Positions 37,901-62,000 of a stretch of DNA of 64,000 bases are shown here, one piece after another. The stretch comes from Saccostrea cucullata (Eukaryota), in contig NW_026932690.1 of NCBI RefSeq assembly GCF_032062105.1, positions 248,001 to 312,000 on the forward strand. The letters are read 5' to 3'. The position numbers and the translations under genes were made by a program. Position 1 is the first letter of the stretch, and every line of letters starts with the position of its first letter. The notes below the pieces were generated by a model. The model searched no databases. It was given only the letters and a program-made list of their open reading frames with translations, and was not told the origin of the DNA.

Positions 37901-38289
37901 TAGTGATTTTTCCCTTTGTAGAATTGTTATACCTATAGTTTGTTTTCCCTTTGTAGAATTATAGTGTGTTTTCCCTTTGTAGAATGGTTATACCTATAGT
38001 GTGTTTTCCCTTTGTAGAATGGTTATACCTACAGTGTGTTTTCCTTTTGTAGAATGGTTATACCTATAGTGTGTTTTCCCTTTGTAGAATGGTTATACCT
38101 ATAGTGTGTTTTCCCTTTGTAGAATGGTTATACCTACAGTGTGTTTTCCCTTCGTAGAATGGTTATACCTATATATGGTTATACCTACCACTATACCTAG
38201 TGTGTGTTTTCCCTTTGTAGAATGGTTATACTTATAGTGTGTTTTCCTTTGTAGAATGGTTATACCTACAGTGTGTTTTCCCTTTGTAG

Positions 38290-38310
<21 letters not shown>
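34915..38310 (+). repeat. 35-bp minisatellite (gtgtgttttccctttgtag|aatggttatacctaya), about 58 copies; each unit is the splice acceptor plus start of the Su(H) exon at 38290; interrupted by a transposon
   Basis: The last unit runs directly into the exon ORF (NGYTYSVGPAQTDHLM). Confidence 0.95.
36571..37894. mobile_element. Non-autonomous Tc1/mariner-like DNA transposon (1324 bp) inside the 35-bp array
   Basis: Imperfect ~180-bp TIRs (caaggggcatttcaaaagttctggcaactgttt ... aaacagttgccagaaattttgaaatgcccctcg) and TA target duplication (36569-70 / 37895-96). Removing the element restores ggttatacctatag. Confidence 0.9.
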
Positions 38311-48591
<10,281 letters not shown>

Positions 48592-48606
48592 TGCCTTGTC
48601 CCATAC

Positions 48607-48812
48607 TGGTCATGTGACCAGGCAAACAATTCAACATGGTCATGTGACTAAGCAAACAATTCAACCTGATCATGTGACCAGGCAAATAACCTGGTCTTAT
48701 GACCCAAAATACAAATCAACCTGGTCATGTAACCTGACAAACAATTTAGCCTTAATCTCTTGACCAGGCAATTCAATCTGGTCATGTGACCAGTCAAACA
48801 ACCAATCATGTG
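48607..48812. repeat. ~30-bp degenerate repeat with near-palindromic GGTCATGTGACC core, directly after the Su(H) stop codon
   Basis: About six tcatgtga/tcatgtaa cores within 200 bp. Confidence 0.75.
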
Positions 48813-50844
48813 ATATTTTTGTATTTAGTATATGTGGTACAGAATTAACATTGTGCATAAAATCAGAGCTGTAACTCAACAACAACCTAAGTCTTTAGCC
48901 TTCAACAAAATTTAATTGTAATTCTGCCTTATTTTTTTTTTTAATTAAGTAAAAACATTTTACAAGTACATTTTTTATAACAAATGAAAGAGATTCCAGA
49001 GTGAATACAATTTTTAAAATCTTTTCAGGTTTTTCTGTAAAACTATTTCTAGAATTATCTAACACTGTAGAGGCTGTATAAATTAATAATACATACAGAT
49101 GTTTACAATGTGGCCGTCTTGTACACTGTGTTATAGATAAGTTAGACACCTGTACACATTAAGTGCTTTAACTATGCCTTCTTATGTCTTCTGTGCTTTG
49201 ATGTTAATAGTGCTTTCAATTTGTTACCATAAAACCATGTCACAAAGTGACAAAGTATCAAACATGTACCCCCTACCCCTCCAAACACCATATTGAGCAC
49301 CCCCACCCCCTCCAAACACCATTTTGTGTGCCCTAAGAGTGCCAGTATTTTGTTGACTGTTATATCATCCAATCGGGTTGTTTTTTCTTATTGTATACAT
49401 CTTGTATGGATCTTCTTGTTTGAGTTTTATGTTATCTTTGTTGAAAACATACATCTTTTTTTTAATTGTAAAAAGACATTTAAGTGAAAAAACACTGAAT
49501 TTGTAATAAGTGTAATCATCAAGGTCTTTGAGATATACACAATGTATTTCATATATAACTCTTAAAGTGCTTGAAATATATTGTCAGAAGTTGACATGTA
49601 CCAAAAGCATTTGTAGGACCTTCAGATAGAAGTTTTTTTTTTTTACTTCATAACTATAGGTAATGAGAAACATTATCATCATTTGAATTTACATATGAAA
49701 GTTCATGAACAATGTTGAATTAGTTCAGACTTGAGCATTTGTGTATGATTGAAATGGGCATTCTATAACAAGTTATATTTTCATCTTGATGGAACATATT
49801 TTTTGATGTCGGTCTAATTTTTGTGAGTCTTTTAAATTTGTTCAGAAGCCCATTAACCGTTCTAAGGCAGCTTCTTCACTGTCGTCTATAGTTAAGTTAT
49901 AAGTGCTTATCTCTAGTGCATGGAATCATTTATATCTGCTAAAATCCAGGTCTTCTTGGATTTCATTATTTATTCACTTAAAGATTTTGTATTTTCACTT
50001 TATGAAATTATTTTGTGAAATTTTAGGATAAAATATGCCAGTGTTGTGATCCATTTTTAGTTACACCCTGTTTGTTTTATTTCTCTTTTAAACCTGTATG
50101 TGTGGAATTAAGGCAGTTCTAGGCAGTTTCATGAGAAATGTTATTTTTTAGAAACCATTTTTAGACACAAAGATTACATAGGAACTCAGTCATTGTCCTA
50201 TTTCTGTTTTGATTACATGGGGCCAATTATCATGGTGATTTCAGAATTGACATTAATTTTAAGTCATTTTAGATTAATTTTAATATTTTAAGATTTCGCA
50301 ACTCTCTAGTAAGAAAAGTAACTCTTTCTAGGAGAAACATTTATTATCCCTTATAAAACATGTGTTTAAAGGCCATTTCTGTTTAAAAAAAAAATTGACT
50401 TGCAATGGGTGCACTTAATTATAAATTAAATCTCTTGCAGCAAAATTTAAGTGTTAGAGAATGACAAGAGAAAGATAATCAAAATTTTACCAATAAACAC
50501 TAATACTTCCCCATACTTCATGTTCTGGTTGTGGAGGTTCTCTGCATCAGTTACTTTCCATGGTCTTGTTTTGACAATCATGTCCTACTTTCAGTTTCAT
50601 TTTATGGATATAATGGTGGGACTTTCCTGAGCCTTGTTTTGGTAGTTCATGTAGAAAAAGGAGTGAATCACTGCCCAGATACTGGTTTTAACACATGTTT
50701 ATTGTATGGTAGGTCTAATTTTGTCCCACTTTACCGACAGTGCCAGTAGCAGCAAATGCATCATCAATGTCATTTTGTGAATGTGAAATCACACCAATTT
50801 TCTGTACATAATTTGTTTACTTGTACATTTGATTGTAGTTACTG

Positions 50845-50864
50845 AATAAATACCTCAATAATAA
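50845..50864 (+). terminator. Candidate Su(H) polyadenylation signals (two AATAAA)
   Basis: gaataaatacctcaataataaa about 2.25 kb after the stop, just before a HINE insertion. Confidence 0.35.
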
Positions 50865-50928
50865 ATTGAAAAAAATATATTTTGTCAGACTTATTTGTAG
50901 AATGAATTAACAGGGTTTGGTGAAACAT

Positions 50929-52412
50929 TTTTAGCTCACCTGAGCCGAAGACTCAAGTGAGCTTTTTTCATCACATTTTGTCCGTCGTCCGTCCGTCTGT
51001 AAACTTTTCACATTTTTGACTTCTTCTCAAGAAGTATATAAAGGCCAATTTTGACCAAACTTGGTACAAAGCATCCTTATATTAAGGGGAATTTAAATTG
51101 TGAAAATAAGGGAGTCCCCTCACAAGGGGAGTGATGTAAGAAAAGACAAAAATAGGGTGGGGTATTAAAAAATCTTCTTCTAAGAACCACTGGGCTAGAA
51201 AAGCTGAAACTTATTTATCTGGGGTATAACATTCTTAAATGTTAAAAATCATGACCCCCAGGGATTTCGGGGCCACAATGGGGAATCAAACTTTTACTTA
51301 GAAATATATAGGAAAAATCCTTAAAAATCTTCTTCTCAAGAACCACTGGGCCAGAAAAGCTGAAACTTATGTGAAAGCATCCTTAGGTAGTGCAGATTCT
51401 AAATTCTTAAAATGTGTGACCCCCGGGGATAGGGTTCCTGGGGCCACAATGGGGAATCAAACTTTTACATAGAAATATATAGGAAAAATCTTTTAAAATC
51501 TTCTTCTCAAGAATCACTGGGCTAGAAAAGCTGAAACTTATGTAGAAGCATCCTGGGATAGCGTAGATTCTAAATTGTTAAAGTCATAACCCCCGGGGGT
51601 TGGGCAGGGCCACATTGGGGAATCAAAGTTTTACATAGAAATATATGGGAAAATCTTTAAAAATATTCTTCTCAAGTACCACTGGGGCAGAAAAGCAGAA
51701 ACTTATGTGGAAGCATCCCAGGGTAGTGTAGATTCCAAATTGTTAAAGTCATGACCCCCAGGGGTTGGGCAGGGCCACATTGGGGAATTAAGAGTTTTAC
51801 ATAGAAATATATAGGAAAAATCTTTAAAAATTTTTGTGTGAACCACTGGGCAAGTAAGTAAATTGTGGAAGCATCCCAGTGTGTAGTGTAGATTCCAAAT
51901 TGTAAAAATATCATTTCGGGGGTTGGGCAGGGCCATAATGGGGGATCAAAGTTTTACATAGCATATATAGGAAAAATCTTTGAAAATCTTTTTTCAAGAA
52001 CCACTGAGCCAGAAGCTGAAACTTTTGTGGAAGCATTCTGGGGTAAATATATTTAAATTGTAAAAATATTTGATGTTGTGCAGAGCCACAATGGGGAATC
52101 AAAGTTTTACATAGAAATATATAAAAAATCTTCTTTGCAAGAACCACTGGGCCAGAAAAGCAGAAACTTATGTGGAAGAATCCTGGGATAGTGTAGAGAA
52201 ATTTTTATCATGTCACCCCCGGAGGTAGGGTGGGGCCACAATAGGGAATCAAAGTTTTACTATGTTGAATCAAAGCATCCTATGGTAGTGTAGATTTCAA
52301 ATTGTTTAAATTATCATCAGTTGGGTAAGGTGGGGTCACAACATGTATAACAATGGGGAAATAAAAAATTTCAAAGCTTCTAGGTGAGCGATGCAGCCCA
52401 TTTTCTCTTGTT
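50929..52412 (+). mobile_element. HINE/Helentron element carrying about eight ~166-bp satellite units (similar in type to the major oyster satellite)
   Basis: 5' ttttagctcacctgagccgaagactcaagtgagc, (GTCC)n, tandem aagaaccactgggccagaaaagctgaaactta units, 3' ggtgagcgatgcagcccat...ctcttg. Confidence 0.88.
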
Positions 52413-52423
52413 TATGAAAGTGT

Positions 52424-52428
<5 letters not shown>

Positions 52429-52490
<62 letters not shown>
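52429..52490. repeat. (CT)n microsatellite
   Basis: Direct observation. Confidence 0.95.
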
Positions 52491-52492
<2 letters not shown>

Positions 52493-53976
52493 GCACACCC
52501 TTTCTTTCTTACACACATTTATCCATTTATTTTTCAATATTAGTATATAAAGAACAAGGAAAGGTGTCAAGACATATCTGCCCCTGTATTTTTCTAAGAT
52601 TAAGAAGTGATGTAAGAGACTAATATTAATACTTTCTGAATTATTGATATTCTATGCAGTAAGAACATAACAGTTTTTATCAATATAACATTCTTAATGT
52701 TAATTGTGACGTCATTTTCAGCTGCAGTATATACTAGAGCCCCCTTCTATGGCTAAGCTTAAAATGAATTAATGCTTTGAAATCCACTCCCTGGTATATC
52801 TTGTGATGAACAAGGGTGCCTTTTACAAAATTGTGAAATGTGTGGACCCAGGTTTAGGGGTTCCTGTGGGATGAGGGCATTACTGATTATTGCTGAATAT
52901 TTCTGATTAGTTGAAATGCATTTTTTGTTCCCCTACTATGGCTATTCAAAAGTAACCAAGAGAAAACATACGAAGTGTATTGTAAATGTCATGGCCCTTG
53001 GTGTAAAATATGAACAACCAAATTCAATGGTTGGAAAGTTTTTGCATGATGCTTAGGTGACCTATACGGCCCCATCGTCTCAAGCCACGGTCCGGAGTCC
53101 GCATATATACCTCTCTCCTGGGAGAGGAGCGTACATTTTGGCCGTGGTTTGCGACGATGATAAGGCCCATGGCAAAAATTTTAAGCATTTCTAGACGAAT
53201 TGCTATTAAGATTTCAATGCATTTTTTCGGGTATTGTAATTTTTGTATGTACCAATGTATGTTCATTGTGAAAGCCGGTAGTGTGTAGTTTCTGAGAACA
53301 ATTTTAAAAATATCATTTCAGTTGCCATGGCAATGAAATGCACATTAATCATACTGCAATTTCCATTTATTCAAGAATGAGTTTCATACTAGTTTTCTTT
53401 TTTTCCTTAGTTAAATATATTTACTATAGTAAAAATATTTTATTGTTGTGTTGAAAACTATGAGCTTGCCGTACATAAAAAAAACAATGTGAAGTATGTT
53501 GGCGGGATGGGGTGGGGTTGGGAGGTAATCACCAGAATTTAGCATTTTTACATATCACGTGTTACCACCGCTTTGATTTTGATAATGGCAAAATCGCTCA
53601 AATAGTGCGCAAAGTTTAACTCAAGTTAGCAAAAAACTGGTACAACCAATATAAAAAATTTCTGTATATTATTTTATCGTAATTATTTTCTCTTTCCAAC
53701 AGTGCAAGAATTATTCTAATATTTCCAGTATTTACGAAGTTATGAATGTTTGTTCACACTATACTCATTTTTGAAGTCAGATGCGTAGAAATGCGTATAT
53801 GCCATACTTTGTTATATTGTAACACGTCATTTGTTGGATAAAAATTATGGAATGTATCAAATAACCTGTGTTGTTTACATCACACTGCCTTTCGTCAAAA
53901 ACGTAATTATAATTAATCCACTTGATATTACATTTACTACATATACAATTTGTAAAGCACTTTTGAAGGAGAATAT

Positions 53977-54121
53977 ACAATTATTGCTGTTTTTTGAGGT
54001 CAATACAATGATTTAGCCATCTGAGGAGTACAATATACACCGAGCCCGACGGGCGAGGTGAATATTGTACTTCGAAGATGGCTAAATCGTTTTATTGCCT
54101 GAAAAAAACAGCAATAATTGT
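53977..54121. repeat. ~145-bp long palindrome with central cccgacggg mini-hairpin; the element probably extends to ~54690
   Basis: acaattattgctgttttttgagg ... cctgaaaaaaacagcaataattgt; second palindrome tgtattgacctg...caggtcaataca at 54581-54616. Confidence 0.8.
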
Positions 54122-56394
54122 TTTATTATATGATTCACTGATAAAATGATACAGCTCACTACTTGGTAACTTGCATTTTGTTAAGTCCTAGCCAAATACA
54201 AGAGAGAAATATAATTAAAATGTGAATAAAACTTACCAGTCGTATCAATTTGAAATGGGTTTTTTTATCAATTTTAGTTGCCTTGAAAAAAATAATATAA
54301 TATCAGTCTTTCTATAGGATAGATTTCGAAAGGAAGGAGTATTATCAGGGAAAACTGACTGCCAAAAAGTAAAAAAAAAAAAATGTTGTTCAGTAAAAGT
54401 GTTGGAGGGGGGTCCCTGCATTCCCTCTTACCACCCTCACCCTAAATATATATTCTCTTATGTTTTTTTTTCCACATGAAAAAAAATCACAGTCGTTTAA
54501 ATAGCTTTCCAAAACAATTTGTATCAATTTGGAATTTCCCAGTCTATTTTTTTTAGATCAATGTAGAGGAAATAATTCCTTGTATTGACCTGGAACGTCA
54601 CGTGCAGGTCAATACAACGTAGTATTTTTGTAACATAGTTGGATCTCAGCCAATCAGAGAGATGGAAATTATTCAATCATATAATAAAACGATTTGCCGA
54701 AAGAGAGATTTGTTTAAACGGAAAATATTAAACAAATTACATTCATTGTAATTAAGATATTGTTATTAGAGTTCAACAGATGTGTTATACAATGTAATAT
54801 GTTAAATTCGATCCAACGAACTTCTGAAACCTTATAAAATTCGTTTGAACAAATTCGATTAAATAATCCATTACATGTATATTGAATTCAGTTTTTTATA
54901 GGTCCTAAATGAGCTTCCGTAATAGGCAGACCTTAACTCTGAAATAACAACACGTCTGAACTACATTGATTGATTGATTTCACTTCATAGAAAAATAAAT
55001 CACCAGAAAAACAAATATAGAATTTTAAGTCAAAGAAACATCTTTTTTTAAATAAGGTAAACGGTGTTGCATTTAGAATAAATGTATTTAATTTCCTAAG
55101 ATTGCATATTTCAGCAGCGTGAAATTCTTAACTAAAAAAAATGTTTTCGTTAATTCGGTTTACAAAACCCGCTATTCCATGATCGTCATTTTTTTCACGA
55201 ACGAATTACTTGTCGATTCGCTTCGACAATGTTGATATCCCAACGATTTCGATCCTGTTTACAATGAAGCGCATTGAAGTGGTAAAATTTTCCATTTGGA
55301 TGAAACGTTTTAAACAATTATAACATTACAACGCCCATTTCTTTAGAAACGAGACAGGAATATTCGTCGTAATGTTTTATATGGAATCCGGATAGGGCCA
55401 CGCAGTTCACTATCGCATCATCGCACCATCGAGATTTGAGTCGATGGTGCGATGTCGCGATGACGATGGCGCGATGGTGCGATAACGATGAAGCGATGAC
55501 GCGATGACGATGATGCGATGGCGCAATAGCGCGACGACGATGATGCGATGGTACGATGAAGCGATAATGCGATGACGCGATGGCACGATAGCGATGATGC
55601 GTTGGTGCGATAGCGATGATGCGATGGCGCGATAGTGATGATCATGCTACATGTCATCGTTATTGCTTTATCGCGCTATCGACATCGTGTCATCGCACCA
55701 TCGCTCTATCGACTTTATAGATAGGATGGCATTCCCAGCAGTCATTGCACAACATTGCACAACAGCGTTTGTTGATGAAAAGATTCAAGAATATTTCATT
55801 AACGGATACGATAATAAAGAAATCATGGTTTTATACAGAACTTCCATGTGTATTGCCATTAGTAGTTAAAAGTCAAGCAAGGATTTGATTGCCCAGTGAT
55901 AATAAATTGACTTTAATTTTGTATATGATAATCATATTTTAAATAACAAACACGAAGTACATGTACCAAGAGGAGAAAGGGAGGAAGACTTTTGTTTTGT
56001 GTTTGCTTTTAATTTTCTTGATTGTGAATACTGTATTTAACGGTGCTAAAATTTCAAAAAAGTACAATAGCGATGGTTTTTATTTGTTACATAGGTCCCT
56101 GATTTCACATGCAAGAAATTAATTTAAATTTCGTATATTTTACTTGTTTTTTTTTCATTCACGATAGGTTTAATTTTGCGGATAAAAGATGAATGGCAAA
56201 CATAGTGAAACTTGTAATTATTTTCCAATCCACAATATTAACCCCCCCCCCCCCCCCCACCCCCACCCTTTAAAAACTAAAATCTAAATCACGCGGATTT
56301 CGATTTCTTTTACATCAGTCTCAAGATGAGTGTATTGTCAAACTTATCTTGATTATCAAACTATATTTTCACAATCTTCTAACTAGTTATATCT

Positions 56395-56872
56395 TATGGA
56401 ATCCGGATAGGGCCATGCAGTTCACTATCGCACCATCGAGTATCGACTAATAGGTCGATGGCGCGATAAGGCAATGGTGCGATAACGATGAAGCGATGAT
56501 GCGATGACGATGGAGCTATGGTGCGATTGCACGGTGACGATGATGCGATCAAGCGATAATGCGATGACGATGGTGCGGTAGAACGATAGAGTAAAAGTGA
56601 ATATTGCTTCATTGTTATCGTACCATCGCGTCATCATCATTGCACCATCGTGCCATCACTATCGCAACATCCTGTTATCGCATCATCGCTTCATCGTGCT
56701 ATCGCACCATCGCCATCGCATTATCGTGCCATCGCTTCATCGTTATCGCACTATCGCAACATAACTTCATCGTTATCGCACCATTGCTTCATCGTCATCG
56801 CATCGTCGTGTCATCGCATTACCAACCCAAACCTCGATGGTGCGATGATTGAACTGCCCTATCTATTCCATA
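56395..56872. mobile_element. Fold-back MITE with (CGATG)n/(CATCG)n inverted arms; truncated copy at 55380-55712
   Basis: TIRs tatggaatccggatagggc...atcgcaccatcgag / ctcgatggtgcgat...gccctatctattccata. Confidence 0.82.
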
Positions 56873-57567
56873 TGACATGAGTTTTTCAATCCTTATACCA
56901 CGGTCTGATTTTGTCAGAATCCGACTAATCTAGTACCGCAGTGATGAATGTAAACAAACAGGTCAGCTGGTTCCCTCTCCTGCTTTACCTCGTATGTGTA
57001 GAGAACTATTTAACAGATTATCAAAAATCCTTACGCTAATGAACTATGTTCTTTGACTGATGAAGTTTTCAAAGTCATTACTACTAATGTTTATTTTATA
57101 TAATAAAAATTTCTTTATTTAGCGTTTGTATTTTAAAACATTTTTGCACGTAACTTTAAAATGGCGACTATGGGGTCAACATCCTGCCTTGAACAGGATC
57201 ACATAAGCCGGCAATTGCTCTTTGAGCAATAAGCCCGGCTAAAAATGGATATACATGTACTGGATACCTTACAAGACGCAGTTCCTTGTCTGATCTGTAT
57301 AGTGTATTTTCAAGTTGGTAAAAAAAATCGTTTATAAATCATTATTTGATATCGATACAATATCAGTAGGAAAAACTTAATTGCTTAAAGAAGTATACAG
57401 CTAAAAGAGTGAAAACAAGATTGAATATTGAAACGATACATAACATTAAACATTGATATCGACGATATCGATGGCAAGTACAGTCTTTGTACATTGATGT
57501 ATAATATTTAAACATAAACATAGGGAGAGAGAGAGAGAGATGAACAAACATATATACAAGATATTAG

Positions 57568-57604
<37 letters not shown>

Positions 57605-57830
57605 TTTACTGGTACTGAATACAAGAAAAATTACATGTATTTAGAAAATTACATATATATGTTTATACAGTAGATTTAGCCGAAAGAAAAAAAGTTGTGG
57701 CGTTGAAAAGCTTCCAAGTCTTGTATAGTTGGCTTTTCTGACATGCCACGAAGTAATCGATACAATTTTCTTTCATAATTTCCTTTACCAAATTTATCAT
57801 TGCCTGGTGAAAAATGCACTGATTTACAAT

Positions 57831-57832
<2 letters not shown>

Positions 57833-57898
<66 letters not shown>
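57833..57898. repeat. (GA)n microsatellite; nearby (TA)n 57568-57601 and (CT)n 59015-59051
   Basis: Direct observation. Confidence 0.95.
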
Positions 57899-57903
<5 letters not shown>

Positions 57904-58314
57904 TGACATTGTATCCTTTTTTGTCATCAGATCTCAGGGTCAATGACACTTAACAATCGATCTCTCCTTCCCTTTCTTTCTACAATGTACTAACTTCTTG
58001 CAATCGGTCAGTCGAGCTTGTCCGATTATAATTAGCTGTCTACATATTATGATATACTAGGAAGAAGTGAAAGTACGATGTGTTATGTAAACAATACACG
58101 GGAATCCCTGTAACGGAGGCTATATATAGATCATATGTCGGTTTAAATTTTAAAAACAACAAAATAGGCCACTCACCGTATTCGTGACTTACATATATAA
58201 AAGGACGCATGTGAGTTCTTCTGAGTAATATGTACAGCTGACTATATATACTTATACGATCGAGCTGAGTATTTTTTTTTACTTATTGCTGCCTGTATAA
58301 ACACAGTCAAGTGA

Positions 58315-59010
58315 ATGCCCCAACGATCTAAGATGCAGGCCGCAGATTCAGCGTCAGTTTTGATCCCGGTGTCCAATTCTTCACAGCCCGACCCCCGGGA
58401 CCCAGTCCCCAGCCCCCGGAACCACCGTGACAAAGGAATGGAGGCGTACAATTGTTTGTGTTTTTCCTTTATCCTCGTTCTAGGGACTATTCTTATCATC
58501 TTTGTTGTAGGAATCATAAGAGCCAGGTAATGTTGGGTTTTCCTTATCATAATATAAAAGCGGGGGTTAGAGTCAGAGGAATCTCGGATTACGTTCTTGT
58601 ATGTTTAAATTTATCACTTTTAACACTTGTATTAATTTATAACATCCCTGTTTATTTGTTGCATCATTGAAGTACATGAAGAAAGAGAGGGGCGGTGCTG
58701 TTGTTTTAAGTCTACACTTGGGCCGTATAAAATAGGACTGCATTGTAATGCTTTAAACAACCGATCATTCAAAATCTACATGTAAGCCTGTTTAATAAAA
58801 ATGCAAAAAGTTAAATAAGACATTTTCAAATACATGTGCAGTGAATTACAAGAACGTAGTTTTGTTTCTGTACACAATGTTTTTGTTTTGGAGTGCTAAA
58901 TATAGTTCAGAGAAAATTTTCCATTGTTGAGGGGTTACCCTGCCGTCATTTCTCTATATTTATCTTCATCTATTGCATCTACGTACGGAGGTATAAAACG
59001 GGGTATTTAA

Positions 59011-59055
<45 letters not shown>

Positions 59056-62000
59056 GTGTTTATATGTATAACGACTAGATGTGTGGAGGGAGAGAGAGAT
59101 TGAGATCGAGAGAGAGAGAGAGAGAGTTTTGGAAACGATAAGAATCAGCTTGTGTAACAATTTCAGGTTAAAAAGAAATAAAGTTTTGTGATATGAACAT
59201 ATTGGGAAAGGGGTGGATGGGTGGTAACCTATGTAAATGATTATATAGTAGTTAATGATTTTTTTTCAACATTTTTCATTCGCATAAAGAATACAAATTT
59301 TCATATCATTCTCGAATAAGAAATATTCGTGTACCCCCCCCCCCCCTCCATTACTTTCCGTATGGATCTCGTGCTCTTTCCCTTCGTTAATCACTTTTTA
59401 ATCTGACCGATTTTTCCAGATATTATAATAATAATTATATTTCAGATTAACGTAGAGTACTAAAGTAATTCTCCGAGTCGCATGATACAGTCTGTGTACA
59501 TGGTAACTATAGTTCGATTTTGGACTCGGAAGAAAACTTAATCTTTGTCCGTTATGGATCAGCTGATCGCAGAACTGCTGACGTATCAACTGCAAAAAGC
59601 AGAATCGATTAAGCCAGGGCACTGACCCCATGTCTTTATGTCGTGTCCCAAATCCACCCCACATAATTAGGTGAAATGAATACACGCTCTTTGTTGTTAA
59701 AGAAGGGTATAAAAAACGACACCAATGAGGTCGAAGACACAATCTAAACAGAACACGCGGTCGTCGACACTGTCTCGTAAGAAAATTAAGGTAAAATGTA
59801 GAAGTTTGATAGATTGTTTTCCCAAAAAGTAACGTAATATATTTTATTTAAGATTAATTATTTTATTTTAAAGTACACAAAGTTATTAATGTAGATCAGG
59901 AAAGAATGGGGTTTTCCTTAAGATATATATTTGTTAGAATTAGTTAATCCACGAAAAATTGATTTGTTCTACCAAGGATGAGAAGGGGGGTTAGGCAGGT
60001 GGGAATTTGTTCTTCCGTGGTGATTTTTTTCGGGGGTAGGGTAGGTTGGGGGGGGGGGGTTAAACAGCGAGTGATTAATGAAAATATGTAACTTGCAGCC
60101 ATAGTTCATATTTCCATTATATTTTATACATGTAGTTTCTCAGTTACGGTTCTAATCACAAATATTTAGTAGATCCTGCTAACTAGGTAATATGTGGTGT
60201 ATGTTTTATTTCATTATGTCCACGAACGGGTATAAATTGGGTAACACGCTCTTTAGCCCCCCCCCCCCCCCCACACTTTGTGTCCAAAATATACATAAGA
60301 TTCAATATATCAATGCTTTTTTGTGTATGGCTGTGGGCTCAAACCTGACCCCAAACTAGCCTCCTTTCAAGATTCCTGGATCCGCCACTGGGTAATATAG
60401 CGTTTGTTTTATTTTCAGTATGTCTACGGACGGGTACGAGCTGGGTAACATGGTGTTTATGGCTCTGTGTATCGCGCTCCTTGTTATGTTGATTATGACT
60501 TCTCTTGCTTGCCTTTGTATGTGTCACAAGCACACAGCAGATCTTGAGGGAGACCCGGGCCAACATGTAAGTACTGGTAGATTGAAAAAATACAGGCCAT
60601 TATAGACAGTACTGTAATAAAAAGTGGTAAAGATTAAAACGATACAAATCTGTGAAAAGTGCCTAAACAGACCCCCTGGAAATTCCAGAGGTGGAATCAG
60701 ATGCCGAGGAGCAGTAAGCATCCCCTGCTGACAGGACACACTCGCCCTGAGTTCTGTGTATTGATTAAACAGAAGGAACGATCCGTAGTCGATTTTAATA
60801 CAAAAAAAACAAGGTCTAACAATTGATATGAAACAAATCGGCGAAAATACGACCTAGTGACATGTTATATTTGCATGCTTATTAATAAAGTCATTATACT
60901 ATCAAAGAATTTACGAAGTGCTGACCTAAAACGAAGTAGCCGAAATCCCTGTAACATTAACTTGTGTATGAGTAGCCTGTCTCCGATACAGAGGGACTTC
61001 CCATGCAAAAAGACCACTAGCGGGTAAAGATAGTTATGGGTATACGGAATGTCACGAGAGAAAGTCATTGAAAACCTAATATTAAAAATTCTTCATACAA
61101 AATGTCAAAATATATTTAAGAGGACCAAGACTAGATGAAAGTGAACGGGAACTTACAACCTTATCAAAATATATATTTGATAAACTCCAGTTAGATTGCC
61201 ACACAACACTTATGTATGTAGACCACATGTTCTGTTCGAAAACAAATACTAGTAAATGTCTTCTGATGTAAAAGTAAAAAAAAAAAAGAAAGAAAGAGAA
61301 AACACGAAACCAGGAGTTTCTTTCAGAGGACGGGGGCATAGACTAAGACACTCTTTTCTTAGAATGTTTAAAAGAGAAAAAAAAATCGAGAGAGAAAGAG
61401 AGCAGATGGTAAAAAACCTTTTCAAATGGGGTATTTTCATGGACAAGTCTTATATGTATACAGGACTCTTCTTACCAGCTTTCTAGTATTAAGAAGACAC
61501 AGAGATTTTTGTTACTTGCATGACTTCACCACTACGTCAGTCGAGTTAACCCCCCCCCCTCCAAAAAAAGAAGGTCGGTATCTCCCCCCACCCCCCCCCC
61601 ACCTCCGCATCAGATGGACCTACTATACATGTATAATCCTTATATGTCAGTATCCACTTTTACATTGTGTACTTTTTTTCGTTCACAGAGGAATGGGTCC
61701 AGTAAAGGTGGTGCTTTTTACATTGTGGGTTGGAACATGAAGATTTTAAAACAATCAGGTAATGTTTTGCATTCTTTGCGGTGCAAGGTCATATATTATA
61801 TTCTTTGCCGTGCAAGGCCAGGCAACAATTAAAGAAGTTTAAAGTCTATAGAATCTCTTCAAAATAAAAAAAAACAGCATGCATGTAAAACGTGGTGTCT
61901 TTTGACTAAGTAGAACAAGCGGTTGAATTAACATACACTACATACGAGTAAACTCCTGAAAAGAACTGTGTCACTTTATATATGTATATAGAAGTTTTAA

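Noticed and set aside
55418-56880. Ser/His/Arg-rich ORFs in the ORF track
   Set aside because: Translations of the (CATCG)n arms of a fold-back MITE.
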